The position numbers were made by a program, and so were the translations under genes. Shown here piece by piece: positions 18,465-27,243 of a stretch of DNA of 39,261 bases (position 1 is its first letter; each line of letters opens with the position of its first letter). The stretch spans positions 1-39,261 of the forward strand of contig DSAF01000088.1 in the NCBI GenBank assembly GCA_011388305.1, read 5' to 3'. The stretch comes from Candidatus Zixiibacteriota bacterium (GTDB taxonomy: Bacteria > UBP14 > UBA6098). The notes beneath the pieces were generated by a model, which worked only from the letters and a program-made list of their open reading frames with translations, did no database searches and was not told where the DNA came from.

Positions 18465-18665
18465 CTGCAAAGGGAAATCGGCTTGTCTAACCCGATTCGA
18501 TGTCGGGGTTAGTCCTTCAGAAACAGAAATATCGATTTCCCTCCTGCATTTCTTCTTGACCTTATCTCGCACGGATCTTCTCACAATAAGCCTCGGCGTG
18601 GCGATTGACTTTTAGCGTCCTTGGGGGATTTTCTACCACAGGGGCGCTCATGCGCCCCTTTTTTT
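18465..18665 (+). ncRNA. Candidate structured small RNA (unassigned family)
   Basis: No convincing ORF; several stems; ends in a plus-strand intrinsic terminator although both flanking genes are on the minus strand. Confidence 0.35.
18640..18665 (+). terminator. Rho-independent terminator (plus strand, no upstream plus-strand CDS)
   Basis: aggggcgc-tcat-gcgcccct followed by a T run. Confidence 0.8.
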
Positions 18666-18669
18666 ATAT

Positions 18670-18696
18670 AAAAAAAAGGCGCCGCAAGCGACGCCT
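18670..18696 (-). terminator. Rho-independent terminator of the His/Cys-rich gene
   Basis: Minus strand aggcgtcgc-tt-gcggcgcct followed by a T run, 24 nt past the stop. Confidence 0.85.
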
Positions 18697-18720
18697 CCGA
18701 AAAAACGAGTTTTCTTCGAG

Positions 18721-19179
18721 CTAATTTTTCGACCCGCCACAGCCGAGGCTACGGACGGCGGGCTTAGTTTCGGTATTGGTCTCGCCGGCGCTCTTGGATG
18801 CTACTGAGCAACATGAGCTTTTGTCGCCGGTCACCTTACAGCAGTTCTCGCCGCAGGGGGCGCCGTCTTTGCCGTGGCCGCACTTATGTTCGCCGGCGGC
18901 ATGAGTGCACTTGTGTTCGCCTTTTTCGGCGGACTTGGCGGAGCAGTTGTGTCCCTCTGCCTTGGAGTGCGGACATTCATGTTTCTGGCTTTGAACCTGT
19001 GCGCGATGAGGGCAACCGGTTGCTTTTGGTGCGGTCGTTGCGGTCTGGGCGGGTTGTTCCGCCTGCTGAACGTTTTCCGTTGCGGCTTGGGGGGCGTTCT
19101 CGGCAGTGGTTTCCGTGATGGCGAAGAGCGCTATCGCAGAAAGTGCTACGGCGAGGATAACGGGTAGTGCCTTTTTCAT
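18721..19179 (-). CDS. Secreted low-complexity His/Cys-rich protein (metallothionein-like or metallophore candidate)
   Basis: SD AAGGAG; Sec-type signal MKKALPVILAVALSAIALFA; 11 Cys and 8 His in the C-terminal ~105 aa; own promoter and terminator. Confidence 0.8.
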   Translation of the reverse strand: MKKALPVILAVALSAIALFAITETTAENAPQAATENVQQAEQPAQTATTAPKATGCPHRAQVQSQKHECPHSKAEGHNCSAKSAEKGEHKCTHAAGEHKCGHGKDGAPCGENCCKVTGDKSSCCSVASKSAGETNTETKPAVRSLGCGGSKN

Positions 19180-19218
19180 TTTACTCCTTAATCGAGTTTG
19201 AATTTTCAATTCTGCATT

Positions 19219-19246
19219 AAAATATGAACTATAGACAGAATGTCAA
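19219..19246 (-). promoter_or_regulatory. Promoter TTGACA-16-TATTTT of the His/Cys-rich gene
   Basis: Hexamers end about 40 nt upstream of ATG 19179. Confidence 0.6.
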
Positions 19247-19437
19247 GTTTTGAAAACATTGTTCTTTCTTCATCATTTCAGTTTTATGATTGTGCAGAAT
19301 TCATTCCACTTTGTGATTTCCGAAGAAACAATTTTGCAATTTTCCGGCGCGAGGTTTTTGGAATGAAAACTGCAATATCAATTCTTAAAGCGATATTCTC
19401 CCCTTTCGCCTATAACGTCGAGGGGAAATGTTTAATG

Positions 19438-19465
19438 TTGACATCGACGAAGTAGTTTATATATT
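19438..19465 (+). promoter_or_regulatory. Promoter TTGACA-16-TATATT of the GT2 gene
   Basis: The -10 ends 9 nt before ATG 19475; no SD. Confidence 0.65.
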
Positions 19466-19474
19466 GACCAATCT

Positions 19475-20566
19475 ATGTCTGAAGAAAAGACACAATTAGA
19501 GGCGCCTGTTTGCGCCGAGGGAATAAGCACCGAGGGCGTTTCGCCGCCTTCTGTGTCTGTTGTCATTCCCGTGCGGAACGAGGAGAAATATCTCGCAAGG
19601 TGCCTCGATTCTGTCGCTCGGCAGACATATCCGCACGAGCTTATCGAGATTCTCATTGTCGATGGCTGTTCCTCGGACGCGACAATGGAGATTGCGAGGT
19701 CGTTCGCCGAGAGAAGCGATATCGAGCTTCGCATTCTCGACAATCCCAAAGGCAACACGCCCTGCGGCCTCAACACCGGATACAAGAACGCCCGCGGCGA
19801 TGTGTTCATTCACTTCATCGGCCACGCGATGATGTCCGACAACTTTATCGAGAAGGAAATCGAATTTCTCGAGAAGACCGGCGCGGACGCAGTCGGGGGG
19901 CTGATAATCAGCACCTGCAACGATGAGAGGACCGTCCCGCAGGGGATTGGATACGCGCTCAACAGCGTGTTCGGCCTCGGCGGCGTGACGGCCAGAACCG
20001 GCAACAAGCCCCAATATATCGATAATCCGAGTTTTGCGGCATATCGAAGAGAGCTTTTCGACAAATTCGGGTATATCGACGAGCGCCTCACGCGTAATCA
20101 GGATTACGAGTTTAACCAGCGGATTACCGCCGGCGGCGCGAGGATTTACTTCTCGCCGGAAATCAAAAGCCTGTATTTCAACCGGCCGACATACGCGAGC
20201 CTCTGGAAAGAGTATTTCAAGGCCGCGAAGTGGCGGACATTCATGATTGGCCGCTTCGTGAACGCCGTCCGCAAGCGGCATCTCGTGCCGCCACTTTTCG
20301 TTCTGGCGGTGGTCGCGCTGGGGATTGCGAGCTTTTTCTCAGCGCCGGCGCTGTATGCTCTTCTCGCGCTGGCGGGAATTTATTCTGTCGCCGCGATAGG
20401 CTCCGCGTTGAAAATCGCTTTCAAGCACGGTTTCAGATACATCCCCGCGGCCTTGCTGAGCTTCCTCGTTATTCACTTCGGCTATGGTTTGGGATTCATG
20501 TGGGGTGTTATTTACTTCTGGATATTCCGTAAAGCGCGAAAAATCCGCATCGCCGAGGCGCAATAG
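19475..20566 (+). CDS. Family 2 glycosyltransferase (ExoA-like) with C-terminal TM helices
   Basis: SVVIPVRNEE, VDGCSSDAT, RNQDYEFNQRI, RHLVPPLFV, HFGYGLGF; the expected DxH position reads FIGH. Confidence 0.92.
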   Translation: MSEEKTQLEAPVCAEGISTEGVSPPSVSVVIPVRNEEKYLARCLDSVARQTYPHELIEILIVDGCSSDATMEIARSFAERSDIELRILDNPKGNTPCGLNTGYKNARGDVFIHFIGHAMMSDNFIEKEIEFLEKTGADAVGGLIISTCNDERTVPQGIGYALNSVFGLGGVTARTGNKPQYIDNPSFAAYRRELFDKFGYIDERLTRNQDYEFNQRITAGGARIYFSPEIKSLYFNRPTYASLWKEYFKAAKWRTFMIGRFVNAVRKRHLVPPLFVLAVVALGIASFFSAPALYALLALAGIYSVAAIGSALKIAFKHGFRYIPAALLSFLVIHFGYGLGFMWGVIYFWIFRKARKIRIAEAQ

Positions 20567-20599
20567 CGCCCGTATCCCCGTTATTGCATTTCAGATGAA

Positions 20600-20752
20600 G
20601 CTCGCTCCGGCGGCGTCGGCGCAACCGAAGGTTGCTTCGGCGAACCGGAATGATGTCTTATGCTTTTGGCACAGAGCTTCCGCTCCGGTTCGCCGCTACG
20701 CATAGCTACGCTTGCGTAGCTATGCGAGCCGACGCCGCCGGAAAGCGCGAGC
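20600..20752. repeat. Four-way-junction palindromic element, copy 1
   Basis: P1 20606-20620/20728-20742 (15 bp); short hairpin 20621-20635; P3 20638-20649/20684-20695 with a 34-nt loop; long hairpin 20699-20726. Confidence 0.8.
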
Positions 20753-20753
20753 C

Positions 20754-20785
20754 AAAGAAAAGGCCGAACCCGCGGGTTCGGCCTT
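20754..20785 (-). terminator. Terminator of the RND operon (possibly bidirectional)
   Basis: Palindrome aaggccgaacc-cgcg-ggttcggcctt, followed on the minus strand by ttcttt. Confidence 0.75.
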
Positions 20786-20809
20786 CGTTAGTTATTATTG
20801 ACTTATCGA

Positions 20810-23800
20810 CTACTCCGGCGCAAGCTCGCAACTATTATCGGTTTGGGCGAGGCCGTTAGCTTCTTCCTCGCCATGGACGAGTGCTACGAAGTTTTTCTGC
20901 GCGCGAATCGAGAGCTTATCTGCGATTGAATAGAACACGGGGACGAAGTATAGTGTCAAGAAAGTCGCCGAGATAAGGCCGCCGATGACAGTGAGCGCCA
21001 TGGGCGAACGAAGCTCTGCGCCATCGCCGCGGGCAATAGCCATAGGGAGCATGCCGATAATCGTCGTGAGCGCAGTGATGAGCACCGGCCGAATGCGGTC
21101 ATAGCCCGCTTGAACGAGTGCGTCCTCTTTGCAGAGGCCGTTTCGGCGGAGCTGATTCGTATGGTCAACCAGCACAATCCCGTTGTTCACCACAATTCCG
21201 GCGAGGATGATCACCCCCACGAAGGACACAACGGACAGCGTCGAGCCGGAGATAAGGAAAATCCATACTACGCCGATTGCGGCCAGCGGAAGCGCCACCA
21301 TTATCACAAGCGGCTGAACGAGCGATTCGAACAGCGCGGCCATGATTGCATATACGACGATAATCGCCAAAAGCATGGCAATGGCCAAATCTTGGAATGC
21401 GTCCTTCATCTGCTCCTGTTCACCGGAAATTTCATAGTCATATCCCGGCTCGAAATTCGCCACGATGGGCGCGATTCGTTCCTCGATGTCTTTCACGATG
21501 CTCCCGAGGTCTCTTCCTCTGCGGTTGCCATAGACGTGGACGAGACGCGTCTGCATCTCGCGTTCGATGCGCACCGGCCCTTCGGCCTCGATGAAATCGG
21601 CGACCTCCTTCAGCGGAACGAAGCCCATGGGCGTTGAGATGGGCATGTTCATAATGTCCTCGATGTCCAGCCGTTCGTCCTCGCGGAGGCGCACGCGGAT
21701 GTCGGTCTCCTCGCCAGCGCGGTCGCGGAGGCGCGTGGCGACAGCGCCGAGCGTGAGCGTGCGTATTTGGTTCGCCAGAAGGTATGTCGGAACGCCGAGG
21801 CGGGACGCTTTCTGCTTGTTAATGCGAATCTCAATCTCGGGCTTGCCCTGTTCCACGCTGGAGCGCACATCGGCAAAGCCGGGAATATCACGGGTTACAT
21901 CGGCAATCACCAGAGAGTATTCTCTCAATCGGTCGTTGTCTTCGCCGAAAATCTTGATATCGATGTCGCCTTCGCCGGAACTCATCATGTTCATCTCTGT
22001 AAGCTCAAGTTCCACACCCTCGAAGTCCGGGAATCGCTCCGTTATCTCATCGGCGATTTCGCCGCTTTTGCGCCTTCTGCTGGGGTCGAGGACTACCATC
22101 ATCATAGCCTCATTCGAGCCTTTCGGCCCGAAACCCATCTGTGCCTCCGAGCCGACCATTGTCATCGCGCGGTCAACCTCCGGAATGCTGAAGACGATGT
22201 CCTCAAGAAACATAGCCTTCTCGTCCGTCACGCCCACGCGCGTGCCAACGGGCAGTCTCATGTTGATAGTTACCATATCGTCATCGGCCTTCGGGAAAAA
22301 TTCGCTTCCCACAAACGTGAAAACCCCCGCCGACACGGCCAGAACCACAATGAGAATCAATACCATAGCGCCTTTATGGTAAATCGCCCATTCGAGCGAC
22401 TTGCGGTATTTCGCTCGAACCCTGTCGAAGATGCCGAGCTTGGTCTTTTTTATTGTCTTCTCGCGCCGGAAAAGCAGAGACGCGACCATCGGAACAATCG
22501 ACAGAGAGACAACAAGCGAGCATATCAGCGCGAACGAGATTGTCATTGCAAGTCCCCGCGTGAGTTGGCCGGCAAGCCCCGCAGAGAACACCATAGGGAG
22601 GAAAACCGCGATTGTAGTGAGCGTGCTGGCGGTGATCGCCATCCCGACCTGATTCGCGCCGACTTTCGATGCCTCCCCACGATGTTTGCCAAGCTCGATG
22701 TTTCGATATATGTTCTCGATAACGACAACCGCGTTATCGACAAGCATGCCCACGCCGAGCGCTAAACCTCCCAGTGTCATGATGTTGAGCGTATATCCGG
22801 CGAGCCGGAGCGGGATGAATGTCGCCACCACGGAGAGAGGAATCGCCAGCGCAATCGCGAATGTAGGCCGCCAGTTTCGCAGGAAAATCCAAATCATAAG
22901 GACTGCCAGAACGCCGCCGATTATCGCGTTCATCGATGTGGCATTGCCCACGCGAGTGATGCTGTCGGCCATATCAAGCCCAAAAGTGTATTCGATGTTG
23001 TCGGGCATGTCCGTCCATAGTGCATCGAGTGCTTTTTTCACGCGGTTTCCCACGGCGACGCTGTTCGAGTTCGATTGCTTAAAGACAATCATCACGACGC
23101 CCTGTTTGCGGTTTCCGCGGATGAAAGAACGCGTTTCCTTTATCGCGTCCCTCACATCGGCGATTTCGGCAAGGTGAATCGGCTGGCCAAACTGCGTCGC
23201 GCCGACGACTATCTCGCCGACCTCCTCGACGCTCCCAAACTCGCCGATTGTGCGCAGAAGATATTCCTCTTCGCCAATATTGATAAGCCCTGCGGGCATG
23301 TTGATGTTCTGCACCATTATTGCGTTCTGGACATCCGATGGCGAAATGCCCAGTTCACGCATCTTGAGGCCATCGAGGAAGACCTGCACCTCGCGCTCGT
23401 CGCCGCCGAAGACAAGTATGCTCGCCACACCGTCGATGCGCTTAAGCGGCGCGGCAATTTGGTCTTCGACCAACTGTCTCAGCGCCCTCGTGTCGTCCAT
23501 TCCGGTGATTGGGATGGTCATAACCGGCATCTGGCCGATGTCGAACTTCGACACGAACGGCCTGCGGGCGTCCTCCGGCAGAAAGTCTAACGCTTCGTCC
23601 AGCGATGCGCGGACATCCTGTGCGGCGAAATCGATGTTTGTCCCCCACTCGAATTCGAGAATGAGCATGGATAAGTTTTCGCGGGAAACGGAGCGCACCT
23701 TCTTGAGATTGCTCACCGTCCCGACATAGCCCTCCAGCGGCTCGGTGACGTTCTTCTCGACCTCTTCGCTACCTGCGCCGGGATATACCGTTGTCACGGT

Positions 23801-23935
23801 GACCATGGGAAATTCGATGTCGGGGAACAAGTCGAGACCAAGCCCCCACAACGCCCAAATCCCCATCACCACGAGGATAAGGGCGAACATGGATATTGTC
23901 ACTCGCCGCTTGACTGAAAATTCAGGGATTGTCAC
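20810..23935 (-). CDS. RND efflux permease subunit (AcrB/SwrC/MdtB-like)
   Basis: 1041 aa; LDLFPDIEFP, GMLVDNAVVVIENI, GIVVNNGIVLVD, RIRPVLITALTT; GTGA overlap with the MFP gene. Confidence 0.96.
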   Translation of the reverse strand: MTIPEFSVKRRVTISMFALILVVMGIWALWGLGLDLFPDIEFPMVTVTTVYPGAGSEEVEKNVTEPLEGYVGTVSNLKKVRSVSRENLSMLILEFEWGTNIDFAAQDVRASLDEALDFLPEDARRPFVSKFDIGQMPVMTIPITGMDDTRALRQLVEDQIAAPLKRIDGVASILVFGGDEREVQVFLDGLKMRELGISPSDVQNAIMVQNINMPAGLINIGEEEYLLRTIGEFGSVEEVGEIVVGATQFGQPIHLAEIADVRDAIKETRSFIRGNRKQGVVMIVFKQSNSNSVAVGNRVKKALDALWTDMPDNIEYTFGLDMADSITRVGNATSMNAIIGGVLAVLMIWIFLRNWRPTFAIALAIPLSVVATFIPLRLAGYTLNIMTLGGLALGVGMLVDNAVVVIENIYRNIELGKHRGEASKVGANQVGMAITASTLTTIAVFLPMVFSAGLAGQLTRGLAMTISFALICSLVVSLSIVPMVASLLFRREKTIKKTKLGIFDRVRAKYRKSLEWAIYHKGAMVLILIVVLAVSAGVFTFVGSEFFPKADDDMVTINMRLPVGTRVGVTDEKAMFLEDIVFSIPEVDRAMTMVGSEAQMGFGPKGSNEAMMMVVLDPSRRRKSGEIADEITERFPDFEGVELELTEMNMMSSGEGDIDIKIFGEDNDRLREYSLVIADVTRDIPGFADVRSSVEQGKPEIEIRINKQKASRLGVPTYLLANQIRTLTLGAVATRLRDRAGEETDIRVRLREDERLDIEDIMNMPISTPMGFVPLKEVADFIEAEGPVRIEREMQTRLVHVYGNRRGRDLGSIVKDIEERIAPIVANFEPGYDYEISGEQEQMKDAFQDLAIAMLLAIIVVYAIMAALFESLVQPLVIMVALPLAAIGVVWIFLISGSTLSVVSFVGVIILAGIVVNNGIVLVDHTNQLRRNGLCKEDALVQAGYDRIRPVLITALTTIIGMLPMAIARGDGAELRSPMALTVIGGLISATFLTLYFVPVFYSIADKLSIRAQKNFVALVHGEEEANGLAQTDNSCELAPE

Positions 23936-24954
23936 TTTCCAACCTCCCCCGCGACATGGACTTCGAGGCCGTCGCGAAGACCAACCGCCCCTCTGCTGAC
24001 GACCATCTCGCCGGCCTTAACGCCCGAAGTAAGTTGCACGATTCTGCTCGTCATGAGTCCCGTCTCGACAACTCGGCGCTCGACTTTGCCTCCGCTGAAC
24101 ACGAAAGCGATGCTGTCGGCGACGATGGAGGTTCGCGGAACAACGAGGGCGTTGTCGATTACATTCACGATTACCTCTGCCTCGACAAAAACCCCCACGG
24201 GAAGCCTCCCGCCCTTGTTTTCGAGTATGATATCGCCGGAGAAGAGGCCTGTTATTGGGTCGGCGCCGGGGGAGAGGTGATCGAGTTTGCCGTCGAAAGT
24301 TGTATCGGGGAAGACTTCGCAAGTGATGCGCGCCGACATTCCCGGAGAAAGTCTCCGGAAATCCTTCGCGGCGATAGTCACGGGAAGCTTGAGGCGTTCG
24401 GTGGTTGCGAGGCGGACGATTCCGCGCATCCCCGGGGCATAGACATCGTGCTCGTTGAAATATTTCCCCACGATAGTGCCAGCAAAGGGCGCCCTAAGCT
24501 CGGTGTTGTCGAGCACTTGGTGGTATCCGGCCTTTGCGGCGAGATAGCCCGCTCGCGCCTGATCATAGCTCTGCGGGGCGATGAGGCTATCTTCGTAAAG
24601 CGATTTCATGCGCTCGTATGTCTGCTCGGCGGCCTCGAATTGGGCTTGCGCCTGCTGGAGCGTCTCGCCTTTCATGCGAACGAGAAGGCGTCCCTGCGGG
24701 ACTTTCTCGCCCACATCGACGAAGATTCGCTCGATTGTTCCCGGCATCTGGGGGAATACCATGATGTCCATCTCGCCCTCGAGCCTGCCGGTGAACTTGA
24801 CCGTCTCCTCGAGGTCGGTCTGTTCAACCTCATGCAGGACGACGGAAACTCTTTCGCGGATAAATCCGACCTTTTCGGATTGGTCTTTGCCGCAACCTAT
24901 AAGGCCAATCGTGGCCATCGCGATTACTAATGCAAAAAATATCTTCCTTGTCAT
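23932..24954 (-). CDS. RND periplasmic adaptor (membrane fusion) lipoprotein
   Basis: Lipobox LIGC; GEKVPQG, ELRAPFAGTI, LPVGVFV, LVVPRTSI, VETGL. Confidence 0.94.
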   Translation of the reverse strand: MTRKIFFALVIAMATIGLIGCGKDQSEKVGFIRERVSVVLHEVEQTDLEETVKFTGRLEGEMDIMVFPQMPGTIERIFVDVGEKVPQGRLLVRMKGETLQQAQAQFEAAEQTYERMKSLYEDSLIAPQSYDQARAGYLAAKAGYHQVLDNTELRAPFAGTIVGKYFNEHDVYAPGMRGIVRLATTERLKLPVTIAAKDFRRLSPGMSARITCEVFPDTTFDGKLDHLSPGADPITGLFSGDIILENKGGRLPVGVFVEAEVIVNVIDNALVVPRTSIVADSIAFVFSGGKVERRVVETGLMTSRIVQLTSGVKAGEMVVSRGAVGLRDGLEVHVAGEVGK

Positions 24955-25026
24955 CTTTGACTCCTTATTTGTTCAGACAGCTAAATTTCAAAACATTGGT
25001 CGGTGATTGACGCTTTCGTCCCGTTA

Positions 25027-25107
25027 GTCATTTCGCGCCAAGCGAGAAATCTCGCTATTCTTGGGCGGCTGAGATTTCTCGTCGAGCTTCGCTCTCCTCG
25101 AAATGAC
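25027..25107. repeat. GTCATTTCG...CGAAATGAC REP/MITE-like palindromic element
   Basis: Terminal 9-bp inverted repeat; internal cgagaaatctc/gagatttctcg stem; half copy at 2660-2685. Confidence 0.8.
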
Positions 25108-25159
25108 AGAAAAGAGGCGCGAGATTCCATCTTATGGGTAAAGCGAAGCATATCTTGCC

Positions 25160-26458
25160 TTACTCCGTCACCACTGCGCCGATGGCGGCCTCGTATTCGA
25201 TTGCGGCGATTTTCAAATCGGCGATGGCCGAGATGTATTCGGCCTGCGCCTGAATAAGCGTGCTGTTCGCGTCGAGGATGTTCGTGTTCGTGACCAGCCC
25301 CGTCTCGAACTCGGCGACTGCTACGCGGTATGCCTCGTTGGCCTGTTCGAGCCGCCTTCTCGATACTTCGAGGGCTTTTTCGGCCTCATCGAGGGCGTTG
25401 AACTGGTTGCGGATTTGCATCTCGGCGGCGCGGGTAGCCATATCGAGGGTCTCGGCGGTTTGTCGTCTGTTAAATCGGGCTTTGCGGACGGAGAAAATCC
25501 TCTCGCCGAAGGAGATAAGCGACCAACTTGCCGCGATCGTGACGTTCCAAGAGTCGTAGAATTCCTCCTCCAAGGCCTGATTGGGGCGCTGATATGTCCA
25601 GTTGAACATCCCGACGACATCTGGCGCGAAAGCTCCCCACGAGATAGCCTCGACGGCGCGTGTCGCACTGACGCCAAGCTCCAGCATGCGGATATCCGGA
25701 CGCCATGAGAGGCCGTATTCGATGCCGTCGCTCAGCGCAGGCCATGCGACATTCGCCGATGATGTGTCCGGCTCGAGCGCGAGCATGGTGTCCGAGGGGA
25801 AATTGAGCAGGAAGTTCAGCCCGAGGCGAGTGGCGTTGACGGCGTTGTTCGCGCGGATTATCAGGAGGTCGATTTCCGAGCTTGCCACGCGCGTTTGGAG
25901 CAGGTCGTTGCGCGAAACCATTCCCTGCGCAAACATGCCCTCGATAACGGCGAGATGGCCGTCCATTCGCTCGCGGGCTTGTTGCATGTTCTCCAAAAAA
26001 AGCTCGGCCTTGACCACGCCGTAGTATGCTTGCGCGATATTCACGACGGTGGATGTCTTCTCGCTGAGGAGGTTTTGCTCCTGCATGAGCGCGCTAAACC
26101 GCGCCGCGCGATAACCCTGAACGATTTTCCCGCCGGTGAAAATCGGCTGTTGGACGCCGACATTCAGCCTATAATTATCCTGCTTGCCCATCTCGATAGT
26201 CATGCCGCCGAACATGGGCGGCATTTGGATGACCGGCACCTCGCCGAGGCGCGTGTATGAGCCTTCGGCTTTGGCGCGCGGGAGGAAGTTGGTTAGCGCA
26301 ATCTTCGCGTCCTCGCGGGCGGAATCTCGGCCATATTGCGCAATCTTGACCTGCGCGTTGGCCTCCAGCCCGCGCTCGATTGCGTCATCCAGAGTGAGCG
26401 CTCCGGCGAACTGCGCCGCCGTGAGCGCGACTAATAATAATGTAATAATAGTTTTCAT
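25160..26458 (-). CDS. TolC-family outer membrane efflux protein
   Basis: Signal peptide; LTLDDAIERGLEAN, QQPIFTGG, RPDIR, FETGLVTNTNILDA; SD AAGGA before ATG 26458. Confidence 0.93.
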   Translation of the reverse strand: MKTIITLLLVALTAAQFAGALTLDDAIERGLEANAQVKIAQYGRDSAREDAKIALTNFLPRAKAEGSYTRLGEVPVIQMPPMFGGMTIEMGKQDNYRLNVGVQQPIFTGGKIVQGYRAARFSALMQEQNLLSEKTSTVVNIAQAYYGVVKAELFLENMQQARERMDGHLAVIEGMFAQGMVSRNDLLQTRVASSEIDLLIIRANNAVNATRLGLNFLLNFPSDTMLALEPDTSSANVAWPALSDGIEYGLSWRPDIRMLELGVSATRAVEAISWGAFAPDVVGMFNWTYQRPNQALEEEFYDSWNVTIAASWSLISFGERIFSVRKARFNRRQTAETLDMATRAAEMQIRNQFNALDEAEKALEVSRRRLEQANEAYRVAVAEFETGLVTNTNILDANSTLIQAQAEYISAIADLKIAAIEYEAAIGAVVTE

Positions 26459-26482
26459 CTGCGTCCTTTTGAACAAATCTTT

Positions 26483-27088
26483 TCAGCTAACTTTCGCCGC
26501 GCCGTGCAGGAACAGCTCTAAAACGTCTTTCCTTTTGGACATAATGTCGAAATCTTTACACAGCAATCCCATCTCGCTGGCATATCCGCCTATCATCGTC
26601 ATGAGCATCAGCGCCAAATCCTCCGTAGCGATGTTCGGGTTCGCCTTATCGCGATGCTTTTCAAAGAAGGCCGTCAGGCTCATTCGAAGATTCTGCAATC
26701 CCTCGAAAACATTGGGGTGTATAATGTTATGGACTAACTCGGAGTGGTGCATTCCGTCGGCCATCATCATTCTAAAGAGTGTGGTATTTCGTTGGAAATA
26801 CTCAAAAGACAGCGTGATGTAGTCGAATATGCCCTCCTCGAGCGTGTTCTCGCGAGAGAAAATCTCATTGGCGCTTTCGAGAAGGCTACGAAATTTTTCC
26901 TGAATAAGCTCGACTAAAAGGTGATCCTTGCCGCCGAAGTAATTGTATATGGTGGCTTTGGAAAAGCCCGCGCGCTCGGCGATTTCCTCGATTGTCGTGC
27001 CGGAGTAGCCCTTTTGCTCGAAAAGCTCCTCCGCAGAACTTAGGAACAGCCTTTTGTTGCGAAGTTTATCCAGTTCGCGTCTTCTCAT
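26483..27088 (-). CDS. TetR/AcrR family transcriptional regulator
   Basis: AEELFEQKGYSGTTIEEIAERAGFSKATIYNYF HTH; SD GGAGG; first gene of the efflux operon. Confidence 0.95.
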   Translation of the reverse strand: MRRRELDKLRNKRLFLSSAEELFEQKGYSGTTIEEIAERAGFSKATIYNYFGGKDHLLVELIQEKFRSLLESANEIFSRENTLEEGIFDYITLSFEYFQRNTTLFRMMMADGMHHSELVHNIIHPNVFEGLQNLRMSLTAFFEKHRDKANPNIATEDLALMLMTMIGGYASEMGLLCKDFDIMSKRKDVLELFLHGAAKVS

Positions 27089-27130
27089 ATATCCTCCGAA
27101 AGTTAGGCTCGCTAAAAACTCATGTTAATT

Positions 27131-27186
27131 TTACGACCAAGAGTCTAATCTCTGAAAGATATTATACAGCATATCAAAATTTTCAA
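27131..27186 (-). promoter_or_regulatory. tetR-operon promoter (TTGAAA-16-TAATAT) with possible operator TTAGAC-tcttg-GTCGTAA
   Basis: Hexamers at 27181-27186 and 27159-27164; imperfect palindrome at 27131-27148 just downstream of the predicted start site. Confidence 0.45.
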
Positions 27187-27243
27187 GTTATTTTGTAATT
27201 TTTTTTGCGAATTTCAGCCAATGCGCAAAATTCCCATATCCGA

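Noticed and set aside
18490-18530. Hammerhead-like CUGAAGGA plus stem on the minus strand
   Set aside because: No CUGAnGA core with the required GAAA after the stem.
18563-18652. 29-aa minus-strand micro-ORF MSAPVVENPPRTLKVNRHAEAYCEKIRAR
   Set aside because: The ATG lies in a hairpin loop immediately downstream of a minus-strand terminator, with no promoter support.
18620-18660. ...CTACCA followed by GGGGC, resembling tRNA or permuted tmRNA ends
   Set aside because: No T-arm (GTTCRA) and no tag ORF; the GGGGC belongs to the terminator stem.
821-19179. RiPP pathway linking the SagB-like oxidase with the Cys-rich secreted protein
   Set aside because: The genes are about 17 kb apart, with no YcaO, MNIO, RRE or dedicated transporter in the window.
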